Of a DNA stretch of 64,000 bases, positions 57,902 through 64,000 are shown piece by piece; positions within the stretch are counted from its first letter, which is position 1; every line of letters starts with the position of its first letter. The position numbers and the translations under genes were made by a program. The DNA lies in contig OZ242008.1 in NCBI GenBank assembly GCA_965204735.1, positions 1,920,001-1,984,000 on the forward strand, given 5' to 3'. The notes below the pieces were generated by a model that worked only from the letters and a program-made list of their open reading frames with translations, was not told where the DNA came from and did no database searches. This DNA is from Longimicrobiales bacterium. Lineage in GTDB: Bacteria > Gemmatimonadota > Gemmatimonadetes > Longimicrobiales > Gaopeijiaceae.

Positions 57902-58644
57902 AGCTTCAGGTCCCAGCTCCGCACCTCGTCGAGGCGGGGGTAGCTGGTCAGGTCCAGGTGGAGCGGCGTCACCGAGACGTACCCCTCCTCGACGGCCCGG
58001 TAGTCGCAGTCGGGACCGCCCTGCCAGCTGGTGATCCCGCCGCCGATCCAGTAGTACTCTCGGCCCGACGGATCGAGGTCGCGGGTAAGCTCGCCCGAGT
58101 AGCGGCGCCGTCCGAGGGTGGTCACCCTCACTCCCCGAACCTCCGACGGCATCCTGGAGGGCAGGTTCACGTTGAGCAGCTCGTGCTCGGGGATTCCCTG
58201 GGCCGCGATCTGGCCCAGCAGGCGCGACACCACCGGCTGCCACCCTTCCAGCTCCTCGACGTTCCTGCCCACGTAGGAGACGGCCACGGCGGGGATGCCC
58301 ATGATCGTCGCCTCCATCGCCGCCGCCACGGTGCCGGAGTAGAGCACGTCCTCGCCCAGGTTGGCGCCGTTGTTGATCCCCGAGACGCACAGGTCGGGGC
58401 GCTCGTCCAGCAGTCCGTTCACCGCAAGGATCACGCAGTCCGTGGGCGTGCCGTCCACGATCGTGGTTCCGTCGGGCGCGCGTCGCTTCCGCAGGGGGTT
58501 GTGCAGGGTGAGGGCGTTGCTCGAGGCGCTGCGCTCCCGGTCCGGCGCCACCACGTCCACCGAGCCGATCGCATGGGCGGCCTCGGCCAGGATCCTGATC
58601 CCGGGGGAGAGGTAGCCGTCGTCGTTGGTGCAGAGGATGCGCAC
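57898..58644 (-). CDS. surE: 5'/3'-nucleotidase SurE
   Basis: ILCTNDDG, GTPTDC, SGIN, YSGT, SVTPL. Confidence 0.96.
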
Positions 58645-58661
58645 TCGGGGCTCTCGACTCC

Positions 58662-59159
58662 TCAGTCCGGCTCGGAGGGGCTCTCGGCCGACGGGGGGGC
58701 GTCGGCGGCCGGCCTGCTGCCGGCAGGCGACCGGCGGTCTCCGGCCGACGAAGGGGCGGTGGCGGGAGAAGCGGCCGCCCTGACCGCCGCGGGGTCGCCG
58801 TCGGAGAGGGTCAGCACGTCCTGGACCGCCTCCAGCCCGTCCTTGATCGCCGCCAGCAAGGCGGGCCCCACGTTCTGCTTCTGGGCTTCGGCGACCTTTC
58901 CCTCCTGCCGCATCTCCTTCAGCTTCTGCCGGGCGCCCTGGATCGTGAACCGCCGCTCGTAGAGGAGCTGCTTCACGAGGAGGATGCGCTCGATCTCCTC
59001 GGCTTGGTAGACGCGAGTTCCTCCCCGGTTCTTGCTGGGCGAGATCACGTCGAACTGGGTCTCCCAGTAGCGCAGCACGTGGGCCTTCAGGCCGGTGAGC
59101 TCGCTGACCTCCGACACGGAGTAGTACGTCTTCTTGGCGATCGGTTCCAAGGGACTCAC
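58662..59159 (-). CDS. MerR-family transcriptional regulator
   Basis: YYSVSEVSELTGLKAHVLRYWETQF. Confidence 0.88.
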   Translation of the reverse strand: MSPLEPIAKKTYYSVSEVSELTGLKAHVLRYWETQFDVISPSKNRGGTRVYQAEEIERILLVKQLLYERRFTIQGARQKLKEMRQEGKVAEAQKQNVGPALLAAIKDGLEAVQDVLTLSDGDPAAVRAAASPATAPSSAGDRRSPAGSRPAADAPPSAESPSEPD

Positions 59160-60250
59160 CTCCCCTGCGGTCGAGGGACGGAGGCCGCGAGGGCGACAGG
59201 CTCGTCCGCGACGGCGCCCGTCCACTTCTCCGCGGCGTCCAGAATCTCCGACTTGGGCTCGCGGGTCATCAGTCGGCCCAGCGCCTCGAGCCGGTCGGCG
59301 TCGTCCGCCACGATCCGGTGAACCTCTTCGGCGACGGGCATCTCGACCCCCGTTCGCTGCGCCAGACGGTGCACCGCGCGGACCGTCGCCACGCCCTCGG
59401 CCACGGTCCGCATCTTGGCCAGGACGGTCTCGATGGGCTCTCCCCGTCCCAGGCGGAAGCCGACGCTTCGGTTCCTGCTGAGCCCGCTGGTGCAGGTCAG
59501 CACCAAGTCGCCCAGCCCCGCGAGCCCGGCGAAGGTGGCCGGCTGCGCACCTGCCGCCACGCCCAGCCGAGTCATCTCGGCCAACCCCCGGGTGATCAGC
59601 GCGGCCACGGCGTTTTGCCCCAGCTCCAGCCCGGCAGCCACTCCGGCGGCCAGTGCCACCACGTTCTTGAGGGCGCCGCCCATCTCCACGCCCACCACGT
59701 CCGGGCTGGTGTAGACCCTGAAGCGCTCCGTCTGGAAGAGGCGCTGGACGGAGAGCCGGGCGCTCCGGCTTCGGCTGGCGACCACGACGGCGGTCGGCGC
59801 GCCCGTCGCGACCTCCCGAGCGAAGCTGGGACCCGACAGCACGCAAAGGCGGCGGTGCTGCTCCGCCGGGAGGGTCTCCTGGAAGATCTCGTCCATCCTT
59901 CGCAGCGTGGCCGCCTCGATCCCCTTGGACGCCGTCACCACCACGGCGTCCGCAGGCAACGAACGCGCCGCCTGCGCCAGCAGCGCGGCCGAGAACTGCA
60001 CCGGACACGCCCACACCACGACCCGGGCGCCCTCCAGCACGTCCGCCAGGCAGTTGCCGACGGCCAAGCGCTCCCGGTTCAGCGGGACGCCCTCCAGGTA
60101 CAGCGCGTTCTCGCGCCGCTCCGCGAACGAGGCGGCCACCTCCGGCTCCCGCGCCCAGAGCCTCACCTTCGCTCCGGACCCGGCCAGCAGGTTCGCCAGC
60201 GCCGTTCCCCACGCCCCTGCCCCTACGACGGCGACGCGCACCGGCGTCAC
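59156..60250 (-). CDS. gpsA: NAD(P)H-dependent glycerol-3-phosphate dehydrogenase
   Basis: GAGAWGTA, SKGIE, SGPSFA, GALKN, GLGDL. Confidence 0.95.
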   Translation of the reverse strand: MTPVRVAVVGAGAWGTALANLLAGSGAKVRLWAREPEVAASFAERRENALYLEGVPLNRERLAVGNCLADVLEGARVVVWACPVQFSAALLAQAARSLPADAVVVTASKGIEAATLRRMDEIFQETLPAEQHRRLCVLSGPSFAREVATGAPTAVVVASRSRSARLSVQRLFQTERFRVYTSPDVVGVEMGGALKNVVALAAGVAAGLELGQNAVAALITRGLAEMTRLGVAAGAQPATFAGLAGLGDLVLTCTSGLSRNRSVGFRLGRGEPIETVLAKMRTVAEGVATVRAVHRLAQRTGVEMPVAEEVHRIVADDADRLEALGRLMTREPKSEILDAAEKWTGAVADEPVALAASVPRPQGR

Positions 60251-60867
60251 GAGGCGCCCATTCGGTGTTCGGTGCCGGCCAGCAGGCGGCGGATGTTGGA
60301 GCGGTGCGCCCACATGACGAAGAGCCCCATCGCCGTGAGGAAGACCTTGACGACCGGACCTCCGTCCGGCGCCAGCCCGGCCGGCGGAAGCAGCCAGGCG
60401 GACAAGGACACCGTCGCCGCGGCGGCGATCGACGCCAGCGACACGATCCGCGTCGTCAGCGCCACCGCCAGCCACGCCGCGATGCCGGCCCCGAGCGCCG
60501 CGGGCGCCAGGGCCGCGAGCACGCCCGCGCCGGCGGCCACCCCCTTCCCGCCGCGAAAGCGCACCCAGAACGAGAAGACGTGGCCGGCCACCGCCGCGCC
60601 GCCGTAGGCGACGGCCCACGCCGCCCCCTCCTGGCCGTCCCACCTGGGGAACCACCACGCCGGAGCGAAGCCCTTGAAGGCGTCGAACGCCACGACGACG
60701 ATTCCGGCCCAGGGGGCGAGCATCCGGTAGGCGTTGGTCGCCCCCAGGTTGCCGCTGCCCAGGGTGCGCAGGTCCTTGCCGAAGAACCATCGGCCGATCC
60801 AGTGGGCGGCCGGGACCGCCCCGGCGGCGTAGGCCGCAAGAACCAGAAGCAAGGGGATGCTCGTCAC
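60247..60867 (-). CDS. plsY: Glycerol-3-phosphate acyltransferase
   Basis: GSGNLGATN, FRGGKGVA, HRSNI. Confidence 0.95.
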   Translation of the reverse strand: MTSIPLLLVLAAYAAGAVPAAHWIGRWFFGKDLRTLGSGNLGATNAYRMLAPWAGIVVVAFDAFKGFAPAWWFPRWDGQEGAAWAVAYGGAAVAGHVFSFWVRFRGGKGVAAGAGVLAALAPAALGAGIAAWLAVALTTRIVSLASIAAAATVSLSAWLLPPAGLAPDGGPVVKVFLTAMGLFVMWAHRSNIRRLLAGTEHRMGAS

Positions 60868-62186
60868 CGCTTGGACTCGCCGCTCTTTCGGAACCGGAGC
60901 CGGATCGGGACTCCCGTGAAGTCCCATCGGGCGCGAAGGAAGTTGGCAATGTAGCGACGGTAGTGGGCGGGCACGTCGCCTGGGAAGTTGGCGAACACCA
61001 CGAAGGTCGGGGGCGCGGTCTGCGCTTGGGTCGCGTACTTGAAGCGCAGGGGCCGCCCGCGGACGTGCGGCGGCGGTCTTCGGCGGGCCAGGGCCTCCAC
61101 GGCCTCGTTGACCTCGGCGGTGGCGATCCGCCGGCTTCGCCGTTCGGCCACTTCCAGCGCCAACTCCAAGGACTTGCGGACCCGCAGCCCCGTCAGGGCC
61201 GACGCGAAGAGGAAGGGCACCTCCTTCAGAAAGGGGATCCGCGCGCCTGCCTCCCGCCGAAACTCCTGGGCCGTGCGACCGTCCTTCTCGACCAAGTCCC
61301 ACTTGTTGCACACCAGGATCACTCCGCACCCCGCCTTCCACGCCGTCTCCGCCACCTTCGCGTCCTGGACGTGGAAGCCCTCGGCCGCGTCCACCAGCAC
61401 GAGGCACACGTGGGCTTTTCGCACCACCCGGGCCGTGCGCAGCCAGGCGTAGTACTCCACCGCGTCCTTGATCCGCGCGTGACGCCGGATCCCCGCCGTG
61501 TCCACGAAGGCGAGAGTGCGCCCGTGGTAGCGGAGGGCGTGGTCGACCGGGTCTCGGGTGGTGCCCGCCGCCTCGCTCACCACGACCCGATCCTCGCCGA
61601 AGATGCGGTTCACCAGGGACGACTTGCCGGCGTTGGGCTTGCCCACCACCGCCACCCGCACGTCGTCCTCGGCCGGCTCCGCCCCGCTGGGGGGAAGGCG
61701 GTCGACCACGGCGTCGAGCACGTCGCCGACGCCCCGGCCCGACACCGCGCTGGCCGGCAGCGGCTCGCCCATGCCCAGGCTCCAGAAATCCAGGTGCGTG
61801 CGCTCCGTCGGCAGGTTGTCCACCTTGTTGACGACCAGCAGAACGGGCTTGGCCGACCTGCGCAGCACCTCTGCGAGGCGCTGGTCCAGGGGATGCACCC
61901 CGGTCTTGGCGTCCACCAGGAGGAGCACCAGGTCCGCTTCGTCCACCGCCGTCATCGCTTGGCGGCGGATGAGGCGGTCCATCGCCCGGTCCGAGCCCTC
62001 GACGACGCCGCCCGTGTCCACGACGAAGAACCAGCGGCCCGTCCACTCCGCCTGCTCGAAGTTCCTGTCGCGGGTGACTCCGGGGACGTCGTCCACGATG
62101 GCTTCGCGACGCCCCACGACCCGATTGAAGAAGGCGGACTTGCCCACGTTGGGGCGGCCCACCACCGCCACGACCGGCACGCTCAC
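60864..62186 (-). CDS. der: Ribosome biogenesis GTPase Der (EngA)
   Basis: Two G domains GRPNVGKS / GKPNAGKS, DTGG / DTAG, KH-like tail. Confidence 0.97.
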   Translation of the reverse strand: MSVPVVAVVGRPNVGKSAFFNRVVGRREAIVDDVPGVTRDRNFEQAEWTGRWFFVVDTGGVVEGSDRAMDRLIRRQAMTAVDEADLVLLLVDAKTGVHPLDQRLAEVLRRSAKPVLLVVNKVDNLPTERTHLDFWSLGMGEPLPASAVSGRGVGDVLDAVVDRLPPSGAEPAEDDVRVAVVGKPNAGKSSLVNRIFGEDRVVVSEAAGTTRDPVDHALRYHGRTLAFVDTAGIRRHARIKDAVEYYAWLRTARVVRKAHVCLVLVDAAEGFHVQDAKVAETAWKAGCGVILVCNKWDLVEKDGRTAQEFRREAGARIPFLKEVPFLFASALTGLRVRKSLELALEVAERRSRRIATAEVNEAVEALARRRPPPHVRGRPLRFKYATQAQTAPPTFVVFANFPGDVPAHYRRYIANFLRARWDFTGVPIRLRFRKSGESKR

Positions 62187-63526
62187 CCGATCGACGGCGG
62201 GGCCGGCGCCTCACGCCCCGGCTCGGGGTCCGCCGACGACGGAGCTCTCGGCGGACGCCCCGACAGCGCCTCCACCAGCTCCATCCCGGTCCCGACGACG
62301 GCGGGCGACAGGAGCGCCTCCACCTCCGCCAGGGCGGCGCCGTCGACGAAGAGGCCGTCGGCGTTCAGCGCGTCGCCGGGCAAGAGCACCAAGTCCCCCG
62401 CGCGGCACTTCCCCACCTCCCGAGCCAGGTCGGCTCCGGCCAGCAGTCCGGCCACCGTCACCGTCGGGCCGAAGTAGCGGTTCTCGACGGCGACGACCTC
62501 CACCTCGCACGCCATCCGCCTGGAGACGGCGGGCGCCATCCGCTCGAAGAAGGGCCCCATGGAGCGGCCGGTCGCGATCCGCACCCGTTGCACGCCGGGG
62601 ATGGGCGACAGCGACTCCTTCCCGGCTTCGAAAGCGTCCAGCAAGGAGCGAAGCGCGCCCACTCCGTTCTCCAGCAAGGAGCGTTCGTCGTAGTAGCCGG
62701 CGGGCGGAACGTCTCGACCGGCGATCAGGAAGAGCTCGTCGGCTGCGTAGCACCACGAACGACCGCGCTCCCGGAGAGCGGTCCGCCGAGGCGCCGCCGT
62801 CTGCTCCAGCGCCGTTGCGGCCTCCCGCCGGGAGAGGAGTCTCGTCGGGCGGTTCAGGTTGTAGCGGGTAAGGCCGACGGGCACGACGGAAAGGCTCAGG
62901 ACGCCCTTGCCCAGGGCGTAGAGCTCGCGAATCGTCCTGTCGAGTTCGGGGCCGTCGTTCCAGCTCGGACAGAGGACGACCTGGGCGTGCACTTCCAGGC
63001 CGGCGCCCAGCAGGCGGCGGAGCTGCTCCATGATCAAGCCCGCCCGCCGGTTCTTCAGGAGGCGGATGCGCACGTCGGGGTCGGTGGCGTGGACGCTCAC
63101 GTACAGCGGCGAGATCCGCTGGTCCACCAAGCGCTGGAGACCCCGGGGCCCCAGGTTGGTCAGGGTGACGTAGCTGCCGTGCGTGAAGGAAAGGCGGAAG
63201 TCGTCGTCGCGAAGCCAGAGGGAGGGTCGCGCGCCGGGCGGGTTCCCGTCGACGAAGCAGAAGACGCACTCGTTGGCGCACTCCCGGACCTTGTCGGGCG
63301 CGGGAACGATGCCCAGGCTCTCCGACGGGTCCCGGGAGACCTCGTGGACCACCGCGTCGCCCTCCGGCCCGACCGCCTCGATCTCCAGCTCGCTCTCCGC
63401 AGCCAGGAAGGCGAAGTCCAAGCCGTCGCGGACCCGTTCGCCGTTGACGGACAGGATGCGGGTCCCGATCCGCAGCTCCAGGGCCTCGGCTATGGAGCCG
63501 GGACCGATCTCGCCGATTCGCACCAC
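62183..63526 (-). CDS. DUF512 PDZ/radical-SAM-like Fe-S protein
   Basis: CANECVFCF, DDDFRLSF, ENGVG, VAGLL. Confidence 0.88.
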   Translation of the reverse strand: MVRIGEIGPGSIAEALELRIGTRILSVNGERVRDGLDFAFLAAESELEIEAVGPEGDAVVHEVSRDPSESLGIVPAPDKVRECANECVFCFVDGNPPGARPSLWLRDDDFRLSFTHGSYVTLTNLGPRGLQRLVDQRISPLYVSVHATDPDVRIRLLKNRRAGLIMEQLRRLLGAGLEVHAQVVLCPSWNDGPELDRTIRELYALGKGVLSLSVVPVGLTRYNLNRPTRLLSRREAATALEQTAAPRRTALRERGRSWCYAADELFLIAGRDVPPAGYYDERSLLENGVGALRSLLDAFEAGKESLSPIPGVQRVRIATGRSMGPFFERMAPAVSRRMACEVEVVAVENRYFGPTVTVAGLLAGADLAREVGKCRAGDLVLLPGDALNADGLFVDGAALAEVEALLSPAVVGTGMELVEALSGRPPRAPSSADPEPGREAPAPPSIG

Positions 63527-63584
63527 GGGTCTTGATCCTCGGCGCCGACTGCCGTCCGGCGGGGGACGAGCCGGCGCGGTTTGG

Positions 63585-63998
63585 TCAGCGGTGCCGGGAG
63601 AGCATCTCCTGGAAGACGAGGTTGTTCCGCACCTGTTCCCAGGCGTACCGGGTCGACAAGCTGTGGACCGTGACGAGGGTGGAGCCCGCGAGAAGGGGCT
63701 CCAGCAGCCCGACCGCTTCGTCGACCTGCCCCAGCTCGGCGTAGGTCTGCGCCCATCGGCGCTGCACCATGGGCCGGCCCTCGTCGGTCACGGGCATCGA
63801 CATCGCCTTCTCCAGCTCCCGACGGGCGTCGGCCGTCCGCCCCGCCCTTGCCAAGTTGCGGGCGTACTGTCCCTGCCAGTTGGCCTGGGCGTCCGGGTCC
63901 TCGAAGCTCAGGGGGTTGCGGTCCCAAGCGGCCACCAGCTCGCCCCACACCACGCGGGACTCGTGCTGCCGGCCGGCGACCTTGTGGACCCACGCCTT
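63585..63998 (-). CDS. C-terminal part of a TPR-repeat protein, 5' beyond the window
   Basis: Open to window end; helical repeats; WEQVRNNLVFQEML tail. Confidence 0.6.
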   Translation of the reverse strand, partial: KAWVHKVAGRQHESRVVWGELVAAWDRNPLSFEDPDAQANWQGQYARNLARAGRTADARRELEKAMSMPVTDEGRPMVQRRWAQTYAELGQVDEAVGLLEPLLAGSTLVTVHSLSTRYAWEQVRNNLVFQEMLSRHR

Positions 63999-64000
63999 CT

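Overview
High-GC bacterial chromosome segment. Gene content and order suggest Gemmatimonadota (inference). The housekeeping backbone is ribF, an S41 protease, nadE, then pabA-kdsB-pyrG-kdsA-kdsC-kdsD-lptC-lptA-like-lptB-rpoN-GT2-wecB-GT4-GT2-plsC-PRODH-serine hydrolase on +, and DUF512-der-plsY-gpsA-MerR-surE-DUF368 on -, plus tRNA-Arg(CCT). The two arms converge on a clear XerCD dif site (42479-42506) with KOPS-like octamers flipping strand around it, so the window probably holds the replication terminus. Accessory region 1 is a ~19 kb defence/DNA-modification island (4.6-23.5 kb). It carries a broken AAA/DUF3696 ATPase with an HNH-gene insertion and iteron-like repeats, two copies of an HhH-GPD glycosylase-like gene, an IS630, a broken phd-vapC pair, three DNA methyltransferases, DUF5131-TcmP behind a LexA-box-like promoter, a Schlafen/AlbA_2-HATPase and a PLD-SNF2 helicase. 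Accessory region 2 is a translationally coupled cassette (50.0-52.7 kb) of thioredoxin-like protein, beta-propeller lipoprotein and two secreted 3-Cys peptides, with a propeller paralogue next to dif. The DUF368 protein also appears to carry an inserted baseplate-J-like domain. All calls come from motif recognition by eye; no searches were run.
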